Shown one piece after another: positions 27,339 to 41,325 of a stretch of DNA of 64,000 bases (position 1 is the stretch's first letter; each line of letters begins with the position of its first letter). This stretch comes from Octopus vulgaris (taxonomy: Eukaryota). The DNA lies in the NCBI GenBank assembly GCA_951406725.2, contig OX597822.1, forward strand, positions 868,001 to 932,000, read 5' to 3'. The position numbers and the translations under genes are program-made. The notes beneath the pieces are model-generated. The model had not been told where the DNA came from, searched no databases, and saw only the letters and a program-made list of their open reading frames with translations.

Positions 27339-27458
27339 ACTTGCACCGTGATTAAAATGCTTGAGGTACGCTGTATGTCAGGGCGGTGCCTCTACAATTC
27401 TATCAGTTTAGAGACGCTTTACCACCGACATCATATGCTTGCATGCAGTACATACTTA

Positions 27459-28372
27459 CGAGGTGGTATCAAAAAATTCTAGGACTAGTTTCGTATCACG
27501 CCAGCAGATGGCAGCACACAGTTGCGTGCGTAATGAGAGCTAGCAATGACATTCAGGAGGCAGTGTGCCAAGTGATATCGCTGTATTTACTTTTCAAGTT
27601 GTGAAATTTGTGTTTTTGTGATTACGTGTTTGCTGTCGTCTGCAATTTTGTCATGGACAGGAACAAAGAGCCAAGGTGAAATTTTGCATTAAACTTGAGA
27701 AGTCTGCTACAGAGACATTGACCATGCTTTTACGAACTTACGGCGACAAGGCAATGGGTCGTACGGAATGTTTCGGGTGGCAACGGCGCTTCAAAGGTGG
27801 AAGAAAGTTCCCTGAAAACGATGAGCGATATGGAGTCCTGACACGAGCGTTACCCCTGGGAATGTGGTATTGTACATGAAAAACTCATTCTCCAGGGCCA
27901 GGCTGTCAATCGAGAGTTCGACTGCGACGTTTTTGAAACGTCTGATGGAGGATATTCGGCAAAAGCGACCGGATCTGTGGAGTGTGAAGAATTGGATTCT
28001 TCCCAACGACAACGTACCCTGTCACCGAACTCTCATCATTTTGAGTTTCTCGCTAAAAGCAACATGGTATCGCTTCCTTCCACCCCATTTGCTAGATCTA
28101 GCACCTGCAGACTTCCACCTCTTTCTTTCCCAAGATGATAATGCAGCTCAAAGGTCACCGTTTTAACACCGCCGTCAAGATCCAGAGCGTATCGCAGAAG
28201 GTCCCCGACTTACGGAAAACAACTTCCAGGCCGGATTCAAAAAGTGTCAGGAACGCTAAGGCCATTGTATTACTGTGCAAGGTATTTCGAAGGAGATGAA
28301 GTTAAACCATAAGTAAATAAGTTAGATTTTCATTAAACATAACTAGTTCGGGGACCTTTTGATACAACCTCG
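27459..28372 (+). mobile_element. Internally deleted mariner, 914 bp
   Basis: TA-CGAGGTGGTATCAAAA...TTTTGATACAACCTCG-TA; KFCIKLEKSATET HTH remnant and DLAPADFHLF motif. Confidence 0.9.
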
Positions 28373-28809
28373 TACGTACAGACACACACACACACACACA
28401 CACATGTATGTATATACACATATGTTGTACATACGCACTTATAAAGTTATTTAAATGTATCTCTTATATCGCACTTCTCTGGAAGATATTACTCGCGTTC
28501 AGCCCTTGCCCTCAAAATGTCATCAGAATTATTACCTTACAACGTAGTATAAAGCAGTCGCTACTAAATCAATAGACGATGCTATCGGTCGGAAGGATTG
28601 CTGTGGAACAGATATAAATGATGTTTCTTACGTTAAGGACACTGGGGCGTTTCAATAGAAGAAATATTAGTGGAACATTCAAATCTTCAACCAAATGCAA
28701 ACGTAACCGGTCAGATGTTTAGGTGAGAAAAGAGAAATTATATTCTGTTAGAGAGGTCAGCTGACTTGCTGACGTGAACATTTCTTTCAAAATCAGTGAG
28801 AGAGAGAGA

Positions 28810-28865
<56 letters not shown>

Positions 28866-29335
28866 TAATGGTCAACACTTTCGAAACATAGAGTTTATCT
28901 CTATCATATATATTTACATTTGTACCAATAACCATTGGTAGTCTTGGATACGTTAGTAATTGTTTAAGTGCTAATCACAAAATGCAGGGAATTTCAGGCA
29001 AAGAAAAGTAACAACTCACCTGATCTTGGCAAATGCAGTTTGTATGCATTTACCTGAAGTTCAATATGCTCTTCTTTACCGTAATTGTTAACTAAAATGC
29101 ATTACATCGTACATAAGCAAATATACACACAGGAAAACACATGCGTGTGTTTTGTGTGCGAATATCTATGTCCTCATTCAGTTTTATTTCAAGTTTTCAT
29201 GACAATGAAGAAAGAGTCGGTTTCTAACCTAGATCCAAGGCTCCTTCATTGGAATTCCAACAACGTCAACAGGGTATTTTTGTTTGTTTGTATGTATGTA
29301 TGTATGTATGTATGTATGCATGCATGCATGCATGC

Positions 29336-29425
<90 letters not shown>

Positions 29426-29524
29426 TTATCTATCTATCTAGCTTATAAGTTCCTAAATGCAGAAATAACGACCAAATTTCCCTCATATCCCTCCATGCTA
29501 ATAGATAAAAAAAAAACACACACA

Positions 29525-29937
29525 GGCGCAGGAGTGGCTGTGTGATAAGTAGCTTCCTTACCAACCACATGGTTCCGGGTCAGTCCCACTGCGTGGCACC
29601 TTGAGCGAGTGTCTTCTACTATAGCCTCGGGCCGACTAAAGCCTTGTGAGTAGATTTGGTAGACGAAAACTGGAAGAAGCCTGCCGTATATGTATATATA
29701 TGTATATGTATGTGTGTGTATGTGTTTGCGTGTCTGTGTTTGTCCCCCCGACATCGCTTGACAACCGATGCTGGTGTGTTTACGTTCCCGTAACCTAGCG
29801 GTTCGGCAAAAAGAGACCGATATAATAAGTACTAGACTTACAAAGAATAAGTCCTGGGGTTGATTTGCTCGACTAAAGGCGGTGCTCCAGTATGGCCACA
29901 GTCAAATGACTGAAACAAGTACAAGAGTAAAAAGAGT
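29525..29937 (+). mobile_element. SINE family B, full length
   Basis: GGCGCAGGAGTGGCTGTGTG head, GGTTCAGTCCC B-box-like, internal (TA/TG)n, AAGAGT tail. Confidence 0.9.
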
Positions 29938-30096
29938 ACACACAATAAATGTTGGTACTCTATTCCGTTATGTTTGACGGTATAGTCGTGACTTAAACGG
30001 CCTTTGTTAATAGGTTTGCCTGCTTAAATGTATACATATTCAAACGCACAATTCTATAAGCAAACACATACTTCTTTAGGTGATATTAAATAACTA

Positions 30097-30525
30097 GGAT
30101 CTTTTCGGTTTGAACGGCAGTCTTTTCTAGCGGTGTCGTATGAAATTGTCACAATAATTATGACCCTAGAATCGATCTATTGCATTTCCATCTGTTTTAG
30201 GTTTTAGGGTTAGATAGGGTTAGTTAGGGTTATAGTTAGTTATCTTTTTTTCTTCACAAATGTAAATAAACCCATTCTTTTTCTTAAACGAGGAACATAT
30301 TCATACGGCACAGAATGTTTTTTAACTCAATGGATGTCATCGATTGGTTGAAATTGCAGAAATTGAAGAAAAAAAACAGCAAATATCTTACAAACTATAG
30401 AATTTTCTCAATAAAGCCAAGAGAAAAAGATGTTTTATAAACACATTCTACCAGTATACGAAGTTTAAAATTTTTTAGTTACCTAGAAATTATGTTAAAA
30501 ACTGCCGTTCAAACCGAAAAGATCC
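30097..30525. mobile_element. MITE with 25-bp TIRs and 8-bp TSD (Mutator/Merlin-like), containing TTAGGG-like repeats
   Basis: GGATCTTTTCGGTTTGAACGGCAGT / ACTGCCGTTCAAACCGAAAAGATCC; TSD AATAACTA on both sides. Confidence 0.88.
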
Positions 30526-31206
30526 AATAACTATTATGCTGTTTAGAGTATTCCTCAATTTTCTTCAAGCACCAGATTTCCAATCTGCTTATCGGGGCCG
30601 TTCTAATCGACTCCAAAGTTTCAGGAAACCAAAATTTCGGTACTCCAAAATTTCGGGCCCTTCCCCCAAAATTTCGTGCCTTGTGTCAAGAGTAGAAAAA
30701 TATCTGGAACCATGTGGTTGAAAAGCTAACTTTTTACCACACTGCTAGATATTAATAAATAATTCTTTATTTTATCTATTCGTATGTCACAGTCTTTCAT
30801 TTCATATTACCTTCGCATCACAATGTTTCGTTACAGCTACAACTCTTTCGTACACACAGACACAGACGCACACACATACACACATACACACACACAGATG
30901 CGTACATACATGTATACGTACATACACACACACACACACATATATATATGTATATATATACATAAATACATACACACACACACAAACACATACATACATA
31001 CATACATGCATACACACACACACATATATATATATATATACACAGACACACTTAAATACACATACATATATACATACAGTACACATGTACAGTTTACACA
31101 AGACTGTCTGGGGTAACGGAAGCTGAACAATCACCTGGGCCGCCTCTAGCTCGTGGGCTATTATTTAGGCATAAACATAATCTATCTATCTATCTATCAA
31201 TCTAAT

Positions 31207-31237
<31 letters not shown>

Positions 31238-31794
31238 ATATATGTGTGTGTATATGTTTGTATATATGTCTTTATGTATGCACGTGCGAAGAATTAATTT
31301 GGCAGGTGTCATAACCCACATTCAAATCTCTTTTATAATATATGTCATGCTTGCATCAATTGTCATTGATTTTTCGTTATTGCAATTATGTGCGTACATA
31401 ACTTTTGGTTTCAGTGTTTACTTAAATACTACCAAAAATTATTCTAATTTTCGAAGTGCAAAGCAGCGTTTATTTCGTCAGAACCAACCCTTAAAAAATT
31501 ATGCATTTTCGAAATTTCCCCTAGGCGTAAATCCTGTATATATAAGAATAAAGTGTTTATTACAATTTATGAAATATAGGAGTAAGATGTTCTTTATTTT
31601 TTTTTCAGTGTACCTTTCATGACACGGGATCCCAAACACAAGAAGTGGCATCCCCACATACATGAGGACACAGACAGTTACGCAAGTTGCCGGTATTTTC
31701 GCTTCAAACTAAATATAAGTCTGACCTCGAATCGAAATCGTAGCGCATAGTTTTGCATACAGTTTGTATATATGCGTAAGGTACAATATGCTAG

Positions 31795-31829
<35 letters not shown>

Positions 31830-32085
31830 TCACGAGTCGATACGCACGCAAGCCATACATTATTTAAGTATGTATATACATGTATATGTGTATATTATGT
31901 AAAATCTGATAGCCAGTGGTGTCATGTGCGAACATTCATACATATATTATAGTCAGACTTCAAATAGATTTATAAGGAAAGCAAATAAAGGAAAAAGAGG
32001 AAAAAAGAGGAAAGCACCCGTTAATCACTTTAACAATCTGTCAAATTATCAATATATGTATGCATGTGTGTGTATGTGTATTTAG

Positions 32086-32139
<54 letters not shown>

Positions 32140-32914
32140 GTATATGTATGTATGTATATATAAATTATATTATACTATATATATGATATATATGTGTGTG
32201 TGCGTGTGTGTGTATACATATATACATACACACACATCCATACATACATACATGCATACATATATACGTACATACATACATGTATGCATACACATATATA
32301 AACACATTCACACACGTATACTCTATGTACTTGTATGTGTCCGTAGACCGTAGACGTATGTATTGAGTTACGGACCCGCCGCCCGTCAAAGTTGAATGTT
32401 GAATCAAACATTTGAATTATTTGATTATGTCGACGGGTTAGGTCAGTGTCTTTCATAAAATGGAGCCTGTTTTGGCAAACAATGGCGGTAGAGTGGACAT
32501 CGTTAACATATCTATTATTATTGGCCTATTGTTAGCTATTGTAACGATGTATATAATCAGTGGCAAAATGAGAACGTTTGCAATAGTTATATAGTGATAA
32601 AGCAGATATGCTCTCATCACCATTTTGTTTGTATTCTCTTTTCGTTTCCTCTTCCTCTTTTTTTTCTTCATTTCTTATTTGTCATTTATTTTCTCCCTTT
32701 TCGCCTCAGCGCTTTCTCAGTGTAGTCACTAATGAAGTCACTTCCGGTTGCTTTAGTTGCCATATTTTTTTTTCTTTTTGTATCAAATACAGAAAACAGA
32801 CGATCGCAAGGAAATTAACCTTCTGAACCGTGTAGCACTTTTGAACATTTGTTTGTTTTTCTTACATTTGTTTCATTTTCCTTCTTTTTCTTTTTCTCCA
32901 TGTCCGTCTTCATC

Positions 32915-33143
32915 TACTTCCATCATCACCATCATAATGATGATCAACATGATGATGAACATCATCATCATCGCCGCCGCCGCCGTCGTTGTCATCATCG
33001 TCATCATCATTATCATCATCATCATCGACATCATCATCGTAAACGTTTTCTGTTTGCCTCCTTTGTCAGCTTTGTTGATATATTTATTAAATGTTTATTA
33101 AATATATATTTGATCTGAATAAAAAGTAGTAGTAGTAGTAGTA

Positions 33144-33192
<49 letters not shown>

Positions 33193-33320
33193 TAATAATA
33201 CTGAGGACAATAAAGGGTGCGCCGACGTTGGACGTCTATATCGAACAGTGTGTATGTATGACTACACACTCGCACACGCATAGTTGTGGTGAGATGGAAC
33301 CCTAAGTTCCATCTCACCAC

Positions 33321-33357
<37 letters not shown>

Positions 33358-33836
33358 TACACACACATATATATATACACACATACACACATATATACAC
33401 ATGCATATATGAGGTTGTTTGTGTGTAAGCATTTTATTATTTTTTTCTTTGAATTTAGTAATTGGTGACAGCACGTGAACTGTAAAACATTTATTTTGTT
33501 TTTTACAAGTGTCATTACTATTTCACCCACCACCACCACCACCGCCGCCGCCACCACCAGCACCACTATCACAACCACTACCGCTACCGCCGACGCATCC
33601 GCCGCTGCGTCCACCACCGCCACCACCACCACTACCATCATCATCATCATCATCATAGTTCACATCGTCGTCATTATCATCAGCACTACCTCCAACCCTA
33701 CGACCACGAGAATGATGATGGTGATGATGATAATGATAATAATGATCATCATCATCATCGTCATTATCATCCTCGTTGTCTCCTGCGTCATCGTCTTCAT
33801 CATCATCATCACTATCCTCCTCCTCTTCCTCCTCCT

Positions 33837-33867
<31 letters not shown>

Positions 33868-33890
33868 ATCATCATCACCATCATCGTTAC
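32915..33890. repeat. Mixed trinucleotide low-complexity tracts (CAT, CAC, CCT, TAA) plus (CA)n
   Basis: Direct reading; explains the homopolymer ORFs. Confidence 0.9.
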
Positions 33891-33999
33891 CGTTAGATTC
33901 ACCTTCAATATGCATGACTTGCAAGAATGACCAAAGACATCGACAACAAGAAAAGTAAAACAAAGATTAATATGGATAAATTCACACACAGTAACTCAA

Positions 34000-34031
<32 letters not shown>

Positions 34032-35053
34032 ACACATACAAATATAGTCACACATATACACGCGCAAATACATCAAAATAATATTTCAAATCTCAAAAAA
34101 AAGTTAAAGATTGCGAGAACGACAGGGAATAGAAACGAGGTTAAAAGAAGAACATCAAATAGAAATAAATCAGCTTCAACGACAATTAAGATATAAAGAG
34201 AACAACAATAAAAACAAACAAACTAAACAACTAACAATTAAAATGTAAATACTAGATCAACAACACCGGGAAGTTTAAACAAACACAAACGCCATTAACA
34301 AACATCTGTTTATTTCATTTTGATAAATCTAAATAACCGCCATATTAATTTTTTAAAAAATATGATTTTTTTCAATGGCCGCTTTTCGTATTCTTTTCTA
34401 AATTTCCGACTGCTTCGATTTTTATCAACTTTTGTCATCTATCAACCTTTAATTAACACATCTTTCTTTCATCATTTCTCGCTTTTATCTTTTACACATT
34501 TACATATATTTTTGCTTTTTATTATTATTGTGATATCTATATATTTACATATTTATATAGTCTCTAATACTCTAAATTCTCATTCATTCTTGTCATTTAT
34601 TTATATCATTGGCAGAAATGGTGGATTATCGTGTAAAATATCTCTATAATAGTTAGTTGTATTCCTTTATGTTTGAGTTCAAACTCCAGTGGGTCGAACT
34701 ATGTCCTTTATCCTCATATATGGCTGAGTGCAACAGAAAGACCTCTCATAATTTACACAGCCACTTGTGTGTGCGTGTGAAGTTAGGCAGCTGATAATGG
34801 CACCTTCGTGTAGCAAACATTTGACCATTTTCCCTGCTTTTATTGTTATTATTCTTTAACGTTATAATTTGAACCAGTCTATAATGAAAGTTTTCTATCA
34901 TAACGTTTGTCAAGCTGTAAAGTGCGGGAGGATATCAATGAAATTCCAGGATCAATTTAATTAATACTCCTTTCTACAAAAAATATGATACTATTTTAGA
35001 AAGTATTTTTTAGAAAATGTCTTTGTTATTAGGCAGTATGAATTCATGCAAAG

Positions 35054-35180
35054 ATGCGTGGCCTAGTGGACAGGGTATTGGGCCCACGATCACAAAATTG
35101 TGTGTTCGATTACTGGACCGGTTGGTGTGTTATGTCTTTGAGCAAGGCATTTCATTTTATGTTGTATCAATCTACTCAAA
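35054..35180 (+). mobile_element. Degenerate tRNA-SINE head
   Basis: TGGCCTAGTGG, GTTCGATTAC, TTGAGCAAGGCATTTCAT; similar to 59920-60060. Confidence 0.55.
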
Positions 35181-36189
35181 TCGGAGTAGCAACCGAATAC
35201 TGGTGCCTCGCTTCCCCCTTCTCTCTCTATGTTCCACCAGATCAAAAGTGGAATAGTCGAAAGAGTGTCTGCATCTACGTCAATTCGTGACTACATAACA
35301 GCTAAAAGATTTGGTGAAAGTATCGTTCAAGCTACCACACCATGCTTGCATGTGAGTGATAGCTACAGTTTTGAATTCATCGCCCTTTATAAAGAATCTA
35401 CGCTCAAACTTGAGTTTAAGTCGGCCTAATTCAACATGGAGGCAATAAAGCATGTGGCTGCTAAGTACCAGGCGGCCCTCTACTCCAAAAATATCAAAAC
35501 TTCTGCCAGGTTTTGAAATTGTTACGATCATTGAATTAGCAGAACTGTTAAGGTGACGGACAAAATTCATTGCGATATTTAGTTACCGCTCTTCAAGTTC
35601 TGAGATCAGATCCTGTGTAGGTCCCGAGACCAATGAAGTTTGTACCAGGCAAAATACTCGAGATCATTGTACGTACTTTTTCCTCTTTGAACCGAAGTTA
35701 TAACTATATTAGATGGCAATTTGGACAACAAAGTGATATTTAGCCACACCTCTTTGTTCAAACCCTGCTAATGTCGACTTTGTTTTGATGTTTTCGGAAT
35801 TGAGAAATAATGTAATAGTTAGGAAATGAATGCTAATTAGAGCAATGGTTATAGAAATTTTATGGAAATACTTATGTAATACTGAATAATTTAAATTCAA
35901 ATAAGTACAATTCAAATATGTATAATTTTCTTTATCTATCTTGTAAGGTGTACTTATTACAAGTTGAATATCTGATTTATAGAAAAGTAGAGGGGAGCCA
36001 TCTTAATGAATCTCTTTGTGTAAGGTTTATTGTAATGTATAGATTAAATTTTATGTTAGCTTCAAAATGTAGGCAATAAGGGAAAAGAATTTGATCATTT
36101 AAAAATTAGGTTGGTAGATAGCTCTGGAACAAACAGTTGGCACATGTGATGCATTCTAAGGCAATTTGTGGAAATTTGCCTATTCAAAA

Positions 36190-36257
<68 letters not shown>

Positions 36258-36258
<1 letters not shown>

Positions 36259-38711
36259 TATGTTTGACTTTTGCTTTATGTCTGTACAAGTTGGCTCCAA
36301 GTCTCACCCAGAGACCTCAAGAGACGACAGGTTGTAAGTTCACGTTGTTGTTATGCCTAGTGTGCCATATATTTGGGGGATTTTTTTGTGTTGTACTAGT
36401 GAATGTCTAATACATAAAAAAAAACCCTTTTGTTTTAAACCTTGGGATTACATAGAGAGTATTTTGCGTAGGATATGAGCAGTTCCCATGAGCACTATCT
36501 TTTGAATTTCTGCCATTTTGGGGTTTCCTGGTATCTGAGTTAGGTAGCAATCAGTCCCTTTCGCTATCATTCCCAGGGCACCTATGACAACAGGTATTGT
36601 TTTAGTCTTCAGCTTCCACATTCTGCTGATTTCTATTTCAAGATCTTTATATTTGCTCAGTTTTTGGTAGGTCTTGACAGATACGTTTATATCGATTGGG
36701 ACAGTCATATCAATGAGGAGGCATGATCTTTGTCTGAAGTTTTTCACTATGATGTCTGGCCTATTTGCATCTATCTTTCTGTCAGTTTGAATGGTGAAGT
36801 TCCAGAGGAGTGAGATGTGGTCATTTTCAAGTACTGGAGGTGGATTGTGTTCCCACCATTTTTTTTCATGGGGCAAATCCATATATATATACATATATAT
36901 ATTGTGCAGCTCTATCATGCCTGTTGAGGTACTCTGTAGGCGCTAGAAGACTGCATTTGGAGACAACATGATCAATGGTTTCATTTTGTTGTCGGCATAC
37001 ACGACATGTTGGGATACTGCCGTTCTTTAATATGTTGGCCTGGTAGTTTCTTATTGGTAGGCATTGATCTTGAGCTGCTATGATAAACCCCTCTGTTTCA
37101 GATTTTAAGCCAGAGGCCATTAGCCATTAATGAGTCAGGACTTTGTCAATATCTGTATTATTCGCTCTCTTTGGGTATTTGCCATAGAGAGGTTGTTCTT
37201 GCCATTTATTATTCAGAATATCTAAGGCCGAGATTTAGCACAGGTTTTCATGCGCTTAGCTTTTTCTGTGCTTGTTTCTTGTATGTCAATCTCTAATTCC
37301 GAAATTTGTTGTATTCGGAATTCACTTAGATATTCCTTTGCCTGTTTTGTTACTGAGTATGATGCTTTCTTGTTTTCATGTTTTGAGACAAGTTTTAACA
37401 TCTAGTGCTCAGACTTTTCAGGTAGGTGTCTAGGCCAATTGTAGCAATCTTCATTGTTATTGCCAGTTGCAAAAGACCACGGCCTCCCTTTTTCTTGGCA
37501 GATAAAGTCGTTCTGTATCTGCCTTAGGGTGGTGCATTCTATGCATTGTCAACAATTTTCTTATTTTTCTGTTGAGCTGACATATTTCAGTAATTGACCA
37601 GTTAACGATATTGAAACTGTAAGTCACGACTGGTATGGCTAATGCATTGATCGCTTCGATCCTGTTTCTTGCATTCAGCTCTGTCTTGAGTATTGCTCTC
37701 ACTCTTCGATAGCATTCTCTCCTGATCCTTTCCTTCATCTCTGAATGCCTTATTCCGTTCCCTTCAATTACCCCTAGGTACTTGTAGCTCTCCGTTGGGT
37801 CTAGTTCTTTTATGACATTCTGCTGGTCAAGGTTAACGTTAGATGTTTCTGTCATTTTTCCTTTGATAAAGGTAGCTTCTGCACATTTATCGAGGCCGAA
37901 TTGCATTCTGATGTCGTCACTGAATTGTTTGACTATCGCTAGTAAGCCCTTGAGTTGTTGATCATTTTTTGCAAAAAGCTTTAAATCATCCATGTAAACG
38001 AGATGATTTATATTTTTATCAAACATTTTATACGCGTACTGCGCGTCATTGAGCAGTTTTGAGAGAGGTATTAAGGATAAACAAAAGAGGAGTGGTGACA
38101 GTAAGTCACCCTGGAAAATGCCACACGAAATTTTTACATCACCAGCATTTAGGAATTCACTGTCACTGTTCAGAGTTAATGTGGTTCTCCATGATCTCAT
38201 ACTTACAGTCAAGAAGTTTCGCAGAGTTAGGTGCTATCTTATACATTTCAAGGCATTTCCTAATTCAGCTATGTGGTAGGCTATCAAAAGCCTTTTTATA
38301 GTCTATCCAGGCTATTGATACGTTTTTGTGTCGTTTGTGACAATCTTCTAAGATCATCTTATTGACGATTAGTTGGTCTTTACAACCGTAGGATCCACGT
38401 TTACATCCTTTCTGTTCATTAGGGAATATGCTGCTGTCTGTTAAAAAACTATAAGTATATTCCGTCAGGACAGATGTTAGCGTTTTGTACATAGTTGTTA
38501 AGCAAGTTATGGGTCTATAGTTTTTTGGTTCATTTGTTTCTTCACTTTTTGGAAGCAGGAATGTTAACCCATTAACTAGCCAACGAGGCATCCTACTAGG
38601 GTGTTGCAAAACATCATTGTACAGTTCTCTTAGCAGTTCATGGCTCTCTGGGAAGGCATTTAGCCAGAAGTTAGGAATTTTATCCTTTCCTGGAGACTTC
38701 CATTTCCTTGA

Positions 38712-38712
<1 letters not shown>
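36258..38712 (-). mobile_element. 5'-truncated R4/Dong-like non-LTR retrotransposon (RT, CCHC finger, REL endonuclease), decayed
   Basis: NYRPITCL, GIFQGD, YMDDLKL, CRVC..ETIDHVVSKC, RPDII..LIDM..P..KLSKYKDL; flanked by (TAT)n on both sides. Confidence 0.92.
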
Positions 38713-38881
<169 letters not shown>

Positions 38882-38911
38882 GCCAAGTTAAGAAGACGGT
38901 AAACTGGAAGA

Positions 38912-40170
38912 ATCGTTAGCACGCCGGGGGAAATGCTTAGGGGGTATTTAGCCGGGCTTTAGGTTCTGAGTTCAAATTCCTCCGAGGTCGACTTTGTCCT
39001 TTCGGGGTCGATAGAAATAAGTACCAGCCGTGCACCAGAGTCGACTTAATCGACTAGTTTCCTCCCTCCAAATTTCGGGCTTTGTACCTATAGTAGAAAG
39101 GATTATTACTATGTTATACTGGTATGGGTATAAAAAGAAATAAAGCTCCTTCTGGTGTCATATAGACTCATAGGGATGGATTTCCGGTTTCTGTGGCATA
39201 TATATTTGAATATATATATACATATTCACCCAGAATGAGAGCAAACTACACCAAGGAGTCTCAGTTCTCAAAGACTTTTCTTATGATCTAAGCAACGTAG
39301 ATTTGTGTAGCATTTCCATGCAACTTTTGAATTGCAACTTATGTAACCAGGATTTGAGACAAGTATAATCATTTAGCACGCCGGACAAAATATGGTTCGC
39401 ATGCCGGACAAAATGTCGCTAGCATGCTGGACAAAAGGCTTATTATTATTATTGTTATTGTTATTATTTCGTCCTTGTTTCATTCGGGTTGTTAAAAGTA
39501 CCAGTCAGGTAATGGAGTCAATGGTTTCAACTAATTTTGGACTCCTTAAAATCGTTTACTCAGTGTCCAGCTTTACAAGCAGTTGTTATCATAAAAGCGG
39601 GCGCGCTGTTGGAATCATTCGAATGGAACATCGGAATATATACGTTTCATTATTTATTCCAGCTTTTTGCATTCTGAGTTCAAATTGCGCCGAAGTCGCC
39701 GTTACTTTTCATCGGTAACATAAAGTACTATCATCAATAATTTGAGGACCCTCACTTCAAAAACTACTGGCCTTGTGTCTATATTAGAAATCATTGAAGG
39801 TGGTGAGCTGGCAGAATCGTTAGGACGCCGGGCGAAGTGCTTAGCAGTATTTCATCTGTCGTTACGTTCTGAATTCTAATTCCGCCGAAGTTGACTTTGC
39901 CTTTCGTCCTTTCGGGGTCGATTAAATAAGTACCAGTTATGCACTGGGGTCGATGTAATCGATTGAATCCCTTTGTCTGTCCTTGTTTGTCCTCTCTGTG
40001 TTTAGCCCCTTGAAATTTATATCAGAAATCACCATTATTGCTTCTGCGAAGAGGGTATATGGCAGATTCTTCAGAGTGTTAGACAAAATTCATTGCAGTA
40101 TTTCTTTTAGCTCATTGCATTCTGAGTTCAAATCTCACCGAGGTCATCATTGACTTTTATCTCGCCGGGG
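38912..40170 (+). mobile_element. Several SINE family A copies and fragments
   Basis: Heads and cores at about 38912, 39590, 39799 and 40060. Confidence 0.75.
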
Positions 40171-41273
40171 TCCTTTTATCTTTCGCTATTTCTTTCATTC
40201 TTATTTTCTCTTTATCTGATTTCCTTTCTTAAATATTATTTTCGTTCTTTCTTTTTATCTTTAAGCCTCACTTCTTCCCATCTTTTTCCTTTCTTAAGAT
40301 CCACTTGTTTCACTTCCGCCGTTTCTGCTCTTTACACATCAATTTCTTTTGCTCTTTCTTTCAATCGTTCTTCGGGATTCATTTCCATTCTCTTCGTCTC
40401 ATTTTATTTTATGTTCTCGCTTTAGTACTTCCATACTTTCTACTGTCACATTTCTTCTCTTTCGGGATACATTCTCCCTCCCGCCTTTCTTTCCAAACTA
40501 AGTTTAAATTAAATCATGGCTTATTACGCTTACTTTTACATTATTCATTCTTTATACTTTCTTTCCACCATCCTTTCTTCGTCTGCCATTCACCAGAGGT
40601 TTCTTTCCTCGTTTACCTTTCAAACCTGCACTGACATCACTAGGAAGATAAATAGCTTATGATTTAGCAACATTTCCTTCAGCAAGATATTTCATCGGGG
40701 CTGTCAGTATTTTCAAAAGAATGGCGGGCAATTTGTAAAAAGAAACGACAGACCGGATATTGTTGTTCCGACTAATTTCTCTGACCCATTGCGCAGGCGT
40801 GTCGTTAATTCTCTGAAGCTCTCACACGTCTTGGATCACATGGTTTCATAAACAAACACTGACAATTCCACTTTACGTATTTTTGTGAAACCGGAAACTT
40901 TCGAAAAGTAAACAAAAAAGTGATATCCCTGCCAATGCATCCATCACCATATCACCATATACTAATTGACTAATATACGTACACACACACAAACACACAT
41001 ATATATAAGTTCATGTATACAACACAAATATACACCTATATAACACATTAAGCTATACATGTATACACAACACCGGTACATATTCGACATATATCTGTTC
41101 TACTATAGGCACAGAGCTTGAAATTTGAGGGATGGTGCCAGTCGATTTGACTGGTACTTACCTATCTTATCTACCCCGAAAGAATGACAGACAAAACGGC
41201 ATAATTTGAACTGAGAATGTAAAGACGTGAAAAATGCCGGCAAGAATTTTGTAAGGTGCCAGTTCGCCACATT

Positions 41274-41322
<49 letters not shown>

Positions 41323-41325
41323 GTA

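Noticed and set aside
30197-30240. True telomere or chromosome fusion site
   Set aside because: Short degenerate tract inside a TSD-bounded MITE.
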